NCBI GenBank assembly: GCA_037447435.1
Contig: JBBIGR010000030.1
Location: 1-62,283, forward strand
Length of the DNA: 62,283 nucleotides
Origin: Fibrobacteria bacterium
GTDB lineage: Bacteria; Fibrobacterota; Chitinivibrionia; Chitinivibrionales; FEN-1185
Direction of reading: 5' to 3'
Position 1 is the first letter of the stretch. Each line of letters begins with the position of its first letter. Below the pieces are notes generated by a model. The model saw only the letters and a list, made by a program, of their open reading frames with translations. It did no database searches and was not told where the DNA came from. Below, piece after piece: positions 49,552 to 59,639 of the stretch. The translations under genes were made by a program, and so were the position numbers.

Positions 49552-50059
49552 TAATTTTTAGTACTGGGCTCCGGCAGAGATGTGTTTCAGGGTGCGTTTG
49601 GTTTCTTCCGCTTTAAAAGGCTTTGTAACAAGAGCCAATTTCCTTGTAACGGCCATAAAAAAACGCTTCAAAATCAAATAATTCTGTAACAGAGTTTCTT
49701 TTTTAGCTTCAGTTAGAAAATTTAATGTAACAGGATTCTTTTTTTCTGTAACAATGTCACAATGACTTAATAAAACCTTTGTCAATGAATTTTTAACCTC
49801 CGTTACAAAGATTTTTGAATAAGTTACATATTTTTTATACTCCGTTTCATCTTTTTTTCCTATTGTTTCATAAAAATTCATATGTGTCACATTACTTTTG
49901 AGCATTGTTAGCCGTCTTTTGCCCGCTGTTTGTTATTCTTCAACTTCTGTTAGCTAAGTTTTTTAGCCTGCAGGTGATCTTTTTACCCTTTTGCTTCGCC
50001 ATGAAGGCATGTTTTTGATTTTTTTCCATTTTTCATAATGCATTGGTATTGCGTGAGTT

Positions 50060-50106
50060 AAGGTGTAATCAACGCTTGATTACACCTTGGCTTGACATGC
50101 TATAAT
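50060..50106 (+). promoter_or_regulatory. 13-bp perfect inverted repeat plus extended -10 promoter element
   Basis: AAGGTGTAATCAA-cgc-TTGATTACACCTT (50060-50088); TGcTATAAT (50098-50106). Confidence 0.55.
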
Positions 50107-50249
50107 AACGGGATTTATTTGACTTTTAAGGTATTGAAGGACGATATTAACAAGAGGTAGGGATGTTTTTTGATTTGGTGAATATGCATAATACGCTCCG
50201 TCCTGTGGCGAGAAATAATATGCTCAGTATAAAAAGGAGGTTTATATAT

Positions 50250-51536
50250 ATGGACAACGTTCAAATAACTGATGTAAATAAATTATTACAGGAAAAGGTA
50301 TTTAACGATAGCTTTTACCAATTTCAAAGAGTTTTCCAACCAAGCATGCAAGATTCACCAATTATTGATTTGTTTGGCGATTACCAAGACGGGAATCTTG
50401 ACCATGAACCCGAATATCAACGAAAGTTTGTTTGGGATGACGAAAAGCAATCTCGCTATATTGAAAGTATAATGTACGGTATAGATACACCAATAATTTA
50501 CTTCATCGAATCTCAACGAGAAAAAAATGGAATAGTCAAGCTTGTGAAGGAAGTGATTGATGGTCGCCAACGACTTAGCACTATATTTAAATTCTACCAA
50601 GACAAATTAAAACTTACTGGTTTAAAGCAAAAAACACCTCATTATGAAGCACTAGAAGGAAATACTTTTAAAATTATTCCCAAAAAATATCAAAACATAT
50701 TTAAAGCATATAGCATACGTACCGTAACTTTTAAATTGATAGATACTAGCATTGATATGGACACACAGTTAAAATTTAAATATCAACTCTTTTACCGGTA
50801 CAATTCAGGGTTAACTGCACTAAACCAACAAGAAGTTCGTAACTGTACTTATCATAATGACAGTTTTCTTATAATGTTTAAAGAAACCGCAAGCACATCA
50901 TCCTTCTTAAAAGTCTGTCCATTTTTTAAAGATGAAGTCAGGATGGCTGATACAGAATTTGTTTCTCTTTTATACTTTTTAACATCCTTTGATGACGGCT
51001 TAATAATTTATTCAAAGAAATGGAAGAACGCATTCATTGACCAATGTTATAAAAGGTTAAGTTCTGAAATTTATTCTTTCGAAAGCTATTTTGAAAACAA
51101 TGAGAAAATTGATGTGGACGAACAAGACGAAGAAGCAGAGGAAAGCATTGACGAAGAAACAGGTCACAATGCTTCCCATATTTTCTTCGAAAACACAAAG
51201 AATGAAATTATTGACAATTTAAATAAAACATATGCGATATATGGCGATTATTTAACTGGCGCACGTTTAGAACGGTATATAATTGAAACTTTGTTCTATA
51301 ATATCTACCACTTAAAAAGTAAACTAACACGATCATTCCTTGACCAGCATGCTACCCAACTAGGTAAATATATTTATGATTTTATTGAGCAATCTAAAAG
51401 CAAAGAAAAACAAGGGGACCAAGCCTTTGGCCTTTGGGATGCATTTAATGATCGTGTCCAGGATACATCAAGAATACAATATCGTTTCAATAAAATCGGG
51501 GAATTAATTGAAACATACATCACAACCACAAAGTGA
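50250..51536 (+). CDS. DUF262 (ParB/Srx-like, GmrS-type) domain protein
   Basis: PEYQRKFVW, YIESI, EVIDGRQRLST, LFYRYNSG...LNQQEVRN; ATG 50250 follows AAGGAGG. Confidence 0.9.
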   Translation: MDNVQITDVNKLLQEKVFNDSFYQFQRVFQPSMQDSPIIDLFGDYQDGNLDHEPEYQRKFVWDDEKQSRYIESIMYGIDTPIIYFIESQREKNGIVKLVKEVIDGRQRLSTIFKFYQDKLKLTGLKQKTPHYEALEGNTFKIIPKKYQNIFKAYSIRTVTFKLIDTSIDMDTQLKFKYQLFYRYNSGLTALNQQEVRNCTYHNDSFLIMFKETASTSSFLKVCPFFKDEVRMADTEFVSLLYFLTSFDDGLIIYSKKWKNAFIDQCYKRLSSEIYSFESYFENNEKIDVDEQDEEAEESIDEETGHNASHIFFENTKNEIIDNLNKTYAIYGDYLTGARLERYIIETLFYNIYHLKSKLTRSFLDQHATQLGKYIYDFIEQSKSKEKQGDQAFGLWDAFNDRVQDTSRIQYRFNKIGELIETYITTTK

Positions 51537-51543
51537 GATCACC

Positions 51544-53412
51544 ATGGATGAAAACAATACTACATTAGCTGTTGATACCATTGACAATTCATTGTTATCA
51601 TTGCGCCAAGGGGTTAGCTCAGACATTCGTATTAAAACCTTTGTGCGTTATTACATGGAAAGCAACCTCAATCTTCGTCCTACTTACCAAAGAAACGAGG
51701 TTATTAACCGTACAAAAGCCAGCAGAGTAATTGAGAGTGCAATTCTAGGGATTCCCTTACCTCCTATTTATTTATTCAAAGACCAGAATGGTCTTTTTGA
51801 GGTGATTGATGGCCAGCAACGGTTAATATCCTTTTTAGGCTTTCTTGGTATTCTAACCATTCCAACTAAATTAAACAAATTTTTATTAACCGGTTTAGAA
51901 ATATTAACCAATCTAAATTGTAAGAATACTGATAGTGATGAATTTAAAATATTTCTTAATGAAAAAATTCGCGATTACACTCTTAGATCAATAGTATTTG
52001 AAGAGGAAAAAGGGTTTTTGTCAGAATTGAAATACGAAATATTTGAGCGCCTTAATAAAGATCCTTACCCCATTAAAGCTAATAGCTTTGAATTGTGGAA
52101 CTGTATTTACCTTAGTAACTATACAAGAATGATTAAACAAATAGCAAGAGATGATGATTTTTTACAAGTGCTTTCTAGAAAAAGTACTCCCGAAAAAGAT
52201 TTAAGAATGGATAACGAAAATGATATTTTGAGATATTTGGTTTTATTAAAAAACTACAATGACTTGAAAAACCGGGTGGATATCCCCCGAGAATTACTTT
52301 TAAATGAAGTAAAATATCATTTTGAACAAAAAACATCCGCAGAAGATTGCGAAAATATCAAACGTGAATTCTTGTCGGTTTTAAAGAATATTAGAATTGT
52401 ATTTTCAGACAGAATTACACTTGGTAATATGTCCAACAAATCAACCCGTATAAAATATCCAAATTTGACAGTTGTAGATGTGTTGTTGTTATCCTTCCGA
52501 AATGAGCAGCCCAAATTTCTAACCAAATATCGTGACGAATTATTAGAATCGTTCAAATTATTTTTCGAAGACGATATAAATCGCGCATTTATCCAAAATG
52601 CTAAAAGGGGCAACAATAAGGCCAGTTCCCCTTTAAATGATCGCTTTGAATTTTTAAAACTTCAAACTTCAGATTTAATTAAAAGGAAATACGGTCTTGA
52701 TGATTCTATTCGTATTAAAATCAGGGACCTAGATTTAGAGCATCGCCTTCTACTCAAACAAAACAACATTTGTCCTTATTGCAACAATATTATTAAACCT
52801 GGTGATACAATCCATATTGATCACATGCAATCTATCTATAACGGCGGTGGCAATGAAGAAGGCAATCTAGCAATAATGCATAGCCTTTGCAATCTTGAAA
52901 AAGGTAAAAAGAACCTTCGAAATTGGAAAGATATTATTAAATCCGGCGAAAGCGCTATTTTGGAATTTAAATCTTCCTTTAGGTGGGATTTAAAGTTGTG
53001 CCAAATCAACAAAAGTCTTGAGCAAGTTTCAATTAAGGTTGTTTTATCATTCTTAAATACCGAAGGCGGAACTTTATTAATTGGTGTTGGCGACGATGGC
53101 TCAATTCTTGGAATAGAAAATGATTATCGCACATTTAGTGGCCGCCAAGATAAAGACGGTTTTTTGCAAAATCTTACAAATGCAATTAACACCTGTATTG
53201 GCAGACAATTTTATGATTTTATTCATGTTAGTTTTGATTTTGTGGATGAGAAAGATATTTGTGTTATTCAAGTTGACCGATCTTACCAGCCCGCTTATTT
53301 AAAAACTGAAAAGGGTCAAGAATTTTATATTAGGGCAAACAATACAACTACGCCTATGAATATGCAGGAGGGAATTGAATATATTCGAGCTCATTTCTCA
53401 GATGCACCATAA
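51544..53412 (+). CDS. DUF262 - HNH endonuclease - Schlafen/AlbA_2 fusion protein
   Basis: PTYQR, EVIDGQQRL, IFERLN; CPYC...HIDH...GG...NL...H..CN..KG; GESAILEFKSSFRW...SFLNTEGGTLLIGVGDDG...FYIRANNTT. Confidence 0.9.
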   Translation: MDENNTTLAVDTIDNSLLSLRQGVSSDIRIKTFVRYYMESNLNLRPTYQRNEVINRTKASRVIESAILGIPLPPIYLFKDQNGLFEVIDGQQRLISFLGFLGILTIPTKLNKFLLTGLEILTNLNCKNTDSDEFKIFLNEKIRDYTLRSIVFEEEKGFLSELKYEIFERLNKDPYPIKANSFELWNCIYLSNYTRMIKQIARDDDFLQVLSRKSTPEKDLRMDNENDILRYLVLLKNYNDLKNRVDIPRELLLNEVKYHFEQKTSAEDCENIKREFLSVLKNIRIVFSDRITLGNMSNKSTRIKYPNLTVVDVLLLSFRNEQPKFLTKYRDELLESFKLFFEDDINRAFIQNAKRGNNKASSPLNDRFEFLKLQTSDLIKRKYGLDDSIRIKIRDLDLEHRLLLKQNNICPYCNNIIKPGDTIHIDHMQSIYNGGGNEEGNLAIMHSLCNLEKGKKNLRNWKDIIKSGESAILEFKSSFRWDLKLCQINKSLEQVSIKVVLSFLNTEGGTLLIGVGDDGSILGIENDYRTFSGRQDKDGFLQNLTNAINTCIGRQFYDFIHVSFDFVDEKDICVIQVDRSYQPAYLKTEKGQEFYIRANNTTTPMNMQEGIEYIRAHFSDAP

Positions 53413-53557
53413 TTTCTATAACGGCGCTGTCGCTCATCCTCCGCTCCGGCGCTGGAAACAAACACAAAGAGGGGCGCTACAATAAAAAGAAATATGAAAA
53501 CAAATAGAAGCGGCGGCGGAAAGACATCAAATAATAGTAGCATTCCAATTTATGTGC

Positions 53558-53695
53558 CCACAACACACGCATGCGGGGCGCAAAGCCGCCCCAAATTGCC
53601 GCATTGAAGGCTCCGTCACCGTCTTCGCTTCGCTCGCGGTGTCATGTCGCCAATGCGGCAAGGCGGGCATAGCATATGTTTAGCAAACGTTGTGT
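53558..53695. repeat. attC-like imperfect palindrome 1
   Basis: ends CACAAC...GTTGTG; internal stems GGGGCG/CGCCCC and TTGCCGCATTG/CAATGCGGCAA. Confidence 0.5.
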
Positions 53696-53813
53696 CAATA
53701 AATTTGAATGGATAGAATTGATAGCCGCCGCCGAATCAAAAGGCGAAAGAAAGAGTGGCATGCAAAAAGTCAACACAAGCCGCCTTCAGGGGCGGCGTTA
53801 ATTAGGAGAAACA

Positions 53814-54389
53814 ATGTTGCCGACCGACCTTAAAGAGAAATTTGATTTGATTCATGCTGCAGCCAATTTATTCCTTCATAATTTTGGCCCGCAATTTACG
53901 AAAACCCCAGAAGGACATATTGAAACTGATATTATAGGAGCAAGCTCTATTGCGGGTACACTTATTCTTCGGGAAACTGTAAAGGATTTAGATAAATACA
54001 CCCCAGGAACCGCAATCCTTTCTGAAGTTTATGATGATCAAAACGAAGTACTTAAATTTGTTACTGGTGTTGCGTTAACATTTGGTGTGAATTTGATGGA
54101 ACACAAAAAGAAAAAACACAATTTTGAGAAAATTATTGATTCCCACCAACCCTTGATAACGCCATTGGAAATGACACGGATATTGGAGCCGAAACTAGTA
54201 AAAGCATGTAACGATAATAATTTATCAACAGATTATGGGGCTTTTGTTGCAGGTTTGACCGCTGGTAAATTAATTGGTGTGGCTATTGAATATGGGATGC
54301 TTGATTCAAACGTTTCCAATGAATTACTTACTTATTATGTAATTGCTGGCAGCAAAACGGTTCCCTATCCATTTCACAATGATAATTAA
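53814..54389 (+). CDS. hypothetical protein (possible gene cassette)
   Basis: 191-aa ORF, AGGAG RBS, flanked by attC-like elements. Confidence 0.8.
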   Translation: MLPTDLKEKFDLIHAAANLFLHNFGPQFTKTPEGHIETDIIGASSIAGTLILRETVKDLDKYTPGTAILSEVYDDQNEVLKFVTGVALTFGVNLMEHKKKKHNFEKIIDSHQPLITPLEMTRILEPKLVKACNDNNLSTDYGAFVAGLTAGKLIGVAIEYGMLDSNVSNELLTYYVIAGSKTVPYPFHNDN

Positions 54390-54464
54390 AAAGAGCGCAT
54401 ACAATGCGCTTAAGAAAATGCATGCCACGAAAACAAAAAGAAAGAGCGGTAGTTTACAAACAAC

Positions 54465-54641
54465 ATACAACAGCCAAATGAATGCTGCGTCCGGGCAGAC
54501 CAGCCTAGGCCTTTGAAGGCTTTCTTTAATTTGTCTGTCGGCAAATTGCCAGCGTTTTAAAGCCGACACGTCATGTCGGGCATAACGCCCTTCGTCGCAC
54601 GGTTGTCGCTGACAACGTCTTGCGTTTGTTGAACGTTGTAA
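54465..54641. repeat. attC-like imperfect palindrome 2
   Basis: ends TACAAC...GTTGTA; shares CAAATTGCC, GTCATGTCG and AACGTTGT with element 1. Confidence 0.5.
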
Positions 54642-54942
54642 GAAATGCTGCCCGGCTGAATGAAATTATAGTCGGCGGCGGGAAGACAAGAAATTCAAAG
54701 ACATAATCAAGGCTGAAAGCTATTTTTAATCCATGCTTCGCATTGGATAGGTTAAAATATGTATTATCTACGCAAAATACGTAGATAATGCTGATATAGG
54801 TGCTAATCGATAAAGCAAAAGAAAGCGCCCCCCCCCCTAAGACAGGCCGCCCCCGTCTGTCGCACAGGGATGTGCCAATGTCAGACGAGGCAGGACGCCG
54901 GAAGCCTGATCTAAGGGCGGCAAAACAAAGAAATATAATAAT

Positions 54943-57807
54943 ATGAATTTTACTGATTACCATGCTAAATATTTTGCCTATGAACTTACTAAAAGGTTTT
55001 CCTCCGATGATATTGGCAAACTTGCCGGCATTTTGGTTGATGCTCAAGTTGACCTAAACCCACACCAAGTTGATGCCGCTCTTTTTGCATTTCATTCTCC
55101 TCTTGGTCGTGGAGCGCTTCTCGCGGATGAAGTCGGCCTTGGGAAAACAATAGAAGCTGGCTTGGTAATTTCGCAGAAATGGGCAGAGCGCAAACGGCGA
55201 ATATTAATTATTACTCCGGCTAACCTCCGCAAACAATGGCACCAGGAATTGCAGGAAAAGTTTTTCCTTCCTTGCCGCATCTTTGAAACAAAATCTTATA
55301 ATGCAGAAGTTAAAAACGGTAATCCAAAACCATTCGAGACCACCGATCTTATAACAATTTGCTCTTATCAGTTTACAAAGACTAAAGCAGCCGATGTCCT
55401 ACAAATTCCTTGGGATCTTGTTGTAATTGACGAAGCCCACCGCCTACGGAATGTTTATAAGCCAACCAATGTAATTGCTAACACTTTGAAACTTGCCCTT
55501 GCAAATGTGCCTAACAAGCTTTTGCTTACTGCTACACCATTACAAAATTCGCTTTTGGAATTATTCGGCCTAATCAGTTTTATTGACGAACGTGTTTTTG
55601 GCGATTTAAAAAGCTTTCGTGAGCAATATTCCCGCCTCAATGACAACCATGTTTTTGACAGTCTGAAAGTTCGGTTGCGCCCGGTTTGCCACCGTACTCT
55701 TAGACGGCAAGTAACAGCATATGTCCCCTATACAAAACGGCATCCTCTTGTCCAGCCATTTACACCGGAAGAAAGCGAAGACCGCCTATACAATCTGGTT
55801 TCAGAATATTTACGAAGGGATAATTTGCAAGCCCTGCCGGCAAGCCAACGCTCTCTAATGACTTTGGTATTGCGGAAACTTTTAGCATCTTCTTCGTTTG
55901 CAATAGCTGGTGCATTAGAATCAATTATTAAGCGATTGAAAGGCAAGCTGGCAAAAAATTCTCCCGATGTTGCGCTTGAAGACGAACTGAACAAGGACTA
56001 TGAAGGTCTTGATGAAACTTCCGAAGAATGGTCTGAAGATGAAAATCTCAATTCGCCACTAACAAACGATGAAAGCAAAGCAATTGCAAATGAAATTGCT
56101 GATCTTGAGCAGTTTCGGGAACTCGCCGTATCGATAACAAATAATGCTAAAGGAAAAGCACTTGTAACAGCACTTGAACGTGCCTTTGGCGAAGCTGATC
56201 GGCTAGGAGCTTCTCGTAAAGCAATAATATTTACCGAATCGCGAAAAACACAGCTTTATCTCCTTCGTGTTCTTGCAGACAGTCCTTTTTCAAATGGTAT
56301 AGTGCTTTTTAACGGCACAAATACGGATTCACGGTCTAAAGAAATTTATTCGGAATGGCTTGAACGCCACAAAGGTACCGATAGAGTCACCGGTTCACGA
56401 ACTGCTGATATGCGCTCAGCTCTGGTTGACTATTTCCGGGAACAAGGGCAAATAATGATTGCAACGGAAGCAGGTGCAGAAGGTATAAACCTGCAATTCT
56501 GTTCTTTGGTTGTAAATTACGACTTACCCTGGAACCCCCAACGTATTGAACAACGTATCGGCCGTTGCCATAGATATGGTCAGAAACATGATGTGGTAGT
56601 TGTCAATTTCTTAAATGTGAATAACGAAGCAGACCAAAGGGTATTCACACTCCTTGCGGAAAAGTTTTCTTTATTCGAAGGTGTTTTTGGAGCAAGCGAC
56701 GAAGTCCTCGGTGCTATTGAATCGGGCGTTGATTTTGAAAAGCGGATCGCTGGAATTTACCAGCGTTGCCGAACACCAGATGAAATTAAAACTTGTTTTG
56801 ATCAACTACAGTCAGAATTAAGTGCCCAAATTAGTGATGCCATGACGCGTACGCGCAAACAGCTTCTGGAAAATTTTGATGAAGAAGTGCATGAAAAATT
56901 AAAAATCAACATGCTCAGCAGCAAAGAATATCGTTCTCGTTACGAACAGATTCTTATGGATTTAACTGAGTATACCTTAGGCTCCGATGCAGAATTTAAG
57001 CCCGACCAGTCTTCGTTTATCTTGAAACGAAATCCCTTTGAATATAATGCAAGTATTCCATTCGGCACGTATGAGTTACCAAGACGCACAGGTGAAGCAC
57101 ACATGTATCGCCTTGGGCACCCGCTCGCTCAACAAATACTTCAGCATGCAAAAGAAAAAGAATTGCCTATTGCCGAAATCACTTTTAAATATGATGGCCT
57201 TAAAAAGATCTCAATACTTGAGCCTTTTATTGGTAAAGCCGGCGAGCTGACTTTAACGCAGTTCACCATTGAATCACTCGATCAAATTGAAGATTATCTC
57301 ATTTTTTCTGCGGTTACAATGGATGGACAGTTACTTGAAGAAGATGCCGCCCGAAGACTTTTTTCATTAGTAGCCAATAATATAGTGCCCTTAACTCAAC
57401 TAACCTATGATGACAAATTAAAAGAAGTTGCTGATAAACGTAATGCTGATATTCAGAGGACAATCTCTGAACGAAATGCTCATTTTTTTGAGGCAGAGGC
57501 GGAGAAGCTTGATAATTGGGCAGATGACATGAAGGTAACTCTTGAACGTGAAATCAAAGAGATTGACAGACAAATCCGCGAGGCAAAAAGAAGCACAACA
57601 GTTGCCCTCAGCTTGGAGGAAAAGCTTGCCGGCCAAAAGCAAATCCGAGCCTTAGAGTCTGTTCGGAATACAAAACGAAAAACATTGTTTGAGGCTCAAG
57701 ACGATATAGACAAAAGGCGCGAGGCGCTGATTAATGACATTGAGGGTAAACTTACTCAAAAATCTACGGTTAATGATGTTCTTAAGCTTCGCTGGAGAAT
57801 AAATTAA
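54943..57807 (+). CDS. SNF2-family helicase associated with type III-like restriction-modification
   Basis: LNPHQ, LADEVGLGKT, DEAH, LTATP, ATEAGAEGINLQ, YDLPWNPQRIEQRIGRCHRYGQ; C-terminal coiled coil. Confidence 0.95.
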   Translation: MNFTDYHAKYFAYELTKRFSSDDIGKLAGILVDAQVDLNPHQVDAALFAFHSPLGRGALLADEVGLGKTIEAGLVISQKWAERKRRILIITPANLRKQWHQELQEKFFLPCRIFETKSYNAEVKNGNPKPFETTDLITICSYQFTKTKAADVLQIPWDLVVIDEAHRLRNVYKPTNVIANTLKLALANVPNKLLLTATPLQNSLLELFGLISFIDERVFGDLKSFREQYSRLNDNHVFDSLKVRLRPVCHRTLRRQVTAYVPYTKRHPLVQPFTPEESEDRLYNLVSEYLRRDNLQALPASQRSLMTLVLRKLLASSSFAIAGALESIIKRLKGKLAKNSPDVALEDELNKDYEGLDETSEEWSEDENLNSPLTNDESKAIANEIADLEQFRELAVSITNNAKGKALVTALERAFGEADRLGASRKAIIFTESRKTQLYLLRVLADSPFSNGIVLFNGTNTDSRSKEIYSEWLERHKGTDRVTGSRTADMRSALVDYFREQGQIMIATEAGAEGINLQFCSLVVNYDLPWNPQRIEQRIGRCHRYGQKHDVVVVNFLNVNNEADQRVFTLLAEKFSLFEGVFGASDEVLGAIESGVDFEKRIAGIYQRCRTPDEIKTCFDQLQSELSAQISDAMTRTRKQLLENFDEEVHEKLKINMLSSKEYRSRYEQILMDLTEYTLGSDAEFKPDQSSFILKRNPFEYNASIPFGTYELPRRTGEAHMYRLGHPLAQQILQHAKEKELPIAEITFKYDGLKKISILEPFIGKAGELTLTQFTIESLDQIEDYLIFSAVTMDGQLLEEDAARRLFSLVANNIVPLTQLTYDDKLKEVADKRNADIQRTISERNAHFFEAEAEKLDNWADDMKVTLEREIKEIDRQIREAKRSTTVALSLEEKLAGQKQIRALESVRNTKRKTLFEAQDDIDKRREALINDIEGKLTQKSTVNDVLKLRWRIN

Positions 57808-57811
57808 ACCT

Positions 57812-59638
57812 ATGCCATCAAACGAAGAAAAAATAGCGCAACTTGAGGCTGCTTTTCGCCGTCGTTTCTTTCCTCATGTACCTAAAGTTGAAACGCCACA
57901 ACGTTCACAATGGGATGAACTTAAACATGACAACGACCGCCTTTCGCGAGCGCTAGCAGCATACGCATTGGTAGCACTCATTGACCTTAATGATGTTGAA
58001 GCAGCTGGCGCAATTATTGACGGCGGTGATGATTTTGGAATTGATGCTATTTATTTTGATAAATCACAATATCGTCTTTACATAGTCCAATCAAAATTCA
58101 AGCGAGCAGGGGCAGCGCCTTCTCAAGCAGAAAACCTGAAAACTATAAATGGCATACGAGCATTGCTTAGCCGAAGGTTTAATGAATTTAATGCTACTTT
58201 TCAGCGCAAGCTAGATGATGTTGAAGAAGCACTAGATACACCTGGAATCGTGATCGATCTTGTTTTATTGTACCTTGGCGAGAATTTTTCACCACATGTA
58301 ACGAATGATTTAAATGCACTCCGCGACGAACTAAATGTTCTTGCGCCCAGAATGTCATGGGAACCCAAAGGATTGAATGACATATATAATTGGCTGGTTG
58401 CAGAACAACATCCTGACTCGGTTACTCTTGACCTAACGCTTGAAAATTGGGCGCCAGTGCAATTGCCTCGTAAGGCAATTTATGGCCAACTCAATGCACA
58501 AGAACTCGCTCAATTAGTTCAAACGCATGGCAAAGCTCTTTTTGAAAAAAATATTCGCCATTATCTAGGCACCGTTGGGGTGAACCTTGCAATTACTGAA
58601 ACCGTTCGACGCAAACCGGCTGATTTTTTTTACCTAAACAATGGGCTGACAGCGCTTGCTGAATCAATTACACCGGCAGCTGGAACACCCGTAAGATGCG
58701 TATTCCGGCTTTCAAATGTGTCAATTGTTAATGGAGCACAAACAGCAGGAGCGATAGCAACCGCAGCTGTCCTTGGCACAATTTCCCCAGACGCGAAAAT
58801 TCTCTTAACCATTATAGAAACAGGTACTACACAGGATGATATTGGATTACGCATAACAAAAGCAAGAAACCACCAGAACATTGTAAGGGGTGTTGATTTT
58901 GCCGCACTCGATCCAGACCAAGAAAGACTAAGACAGGAAACAGCAATTGCCGGGTTTACCTATTATTACCGCCCATCGGCTGAAGCGCGTATACGCCGCT
59001 ATGATTCATTTACAATTGAAGATGCTGCTTTGGCAATTTCAAGCCTCAATTTTACCGCTTACACCTCAACTGAAATACTGGCAAACAGGGGTACCGGCCT
59101 TCGATTACAAAATGCCATTGATTTTGTTGTTGTGGCAAAGAAAGAATTAGGGCGCTTATGGGAACAAACTGGTAATATTTACCCTGCACTTTTCCATTCT
59201 GAATTAACCGGAGTCCGTCTTATTAGACTGGTCTCAGCATATAGGTTTATCGACCAAATCCTTGCAAGCACCGAGCAATCGGAAACCAATTATCAGCGAA
59301 GAATGTTTTTTCGCCATGGCCGCTATTTCTTGATGGCCATTATAGGCCACCGTTCTAAAGATGTGTTACAGAAAGCGGCCATAACTATTTCTACTGATGA
59401 CAAAACGCTTCTTTCTCAGCGAGTCAATGAACTTTCCGAAATCGTATACGCCGAATCAGAGCAGATGCAAATAGACAAGGGCTATCTTTCAATATTTAGA
59501 AACTTAACAGATTCACAGCCGCTTGCAGATAGGGTTATTACTCGTCTTTTTGCACGTGATCAAGAGGCCTTAGCTGCACAAGCGCAAATAGCTCAAGTGG
59601 CAACAACGACAACAACCATTACAGGAAATACAAATTAA
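57812..59638 (+). CDS. AIPR family protein (abortive infection phage resistance)
   Basis: DGGDDFGIDAI...VQSK, LFEKNIRHYLG, FFYLNNGLT, SIVNGAQT, ITKARNHQN. Confidence 0.92.
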   Translation: MPSNEEKIAQLEAAFRRRFFPHVPKVETPQRSQWDELKHDNDRLSRALAAYALVALIDLNDVEAAGAIIDGGDDFGIDAIYFDKSQYRLYIVQSKFKRAGAAPSQAENLKTINGIRALLSRRFNEFNATFQRKLDDVEEALDTPGIVIDLVLLYLGENFSPHVTNDLNALRDELNVLAPRMSWEPKGLNDIYNWLVAEQHPDSVTLDLTLENWAPVQLPRKAIYGQLNAQELAQLVQTHGKALFEKNIRHYLGTVGVNLAITETVRRKPADFFYLNNGLTALAESITPAAGTPVRCVFRLSNVSIVNGAQTAGAIATAAVLGTISPDAKILLTIIETGTTQDDIGLRITKARNHQNIVRGVDFAALDPDQERLRQETAIAGFTYYYRPSAEARIRRYDSFTIEDAALAISSLNFTAYTSTEILANRGTGLRLQNAIDFVVVAKKELGRLWEQTGNIYPALFHSELTGVRLIRLVSAYRFIDQILASTEQSETNYQRRMFFRHGRYFLMAIIGHRSKDVLQKAAITISTDDKTLLSQRVNELSEIVYAESEQMQIDKGYLSIFRNLTDSQPLADRVITRLFARDQEALAAQAQIAQVATTTTTITGNTN

Positions 59639-59639
59639 T

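Noticed and set aside
49558..49905. 115-aa minus-strand ORF as a real gene
   Set aside because: Low complexity, no clear RBS or motif; kept only as a periodic-sequence observation
50250..53412. Calling the pair canonical GmrSD, SspE or a ParAB partition locus
   Set aside because: Two separate DUF262 genes plus an AlbA_2 fusion do not fit those architectures, and no ssp/dnd or parA genes are present
54571..55047. 158-aa minus-strand ORF
   Set aside because: Spans the repeat element and the helicase start on the opposite strand; no protein-like motif
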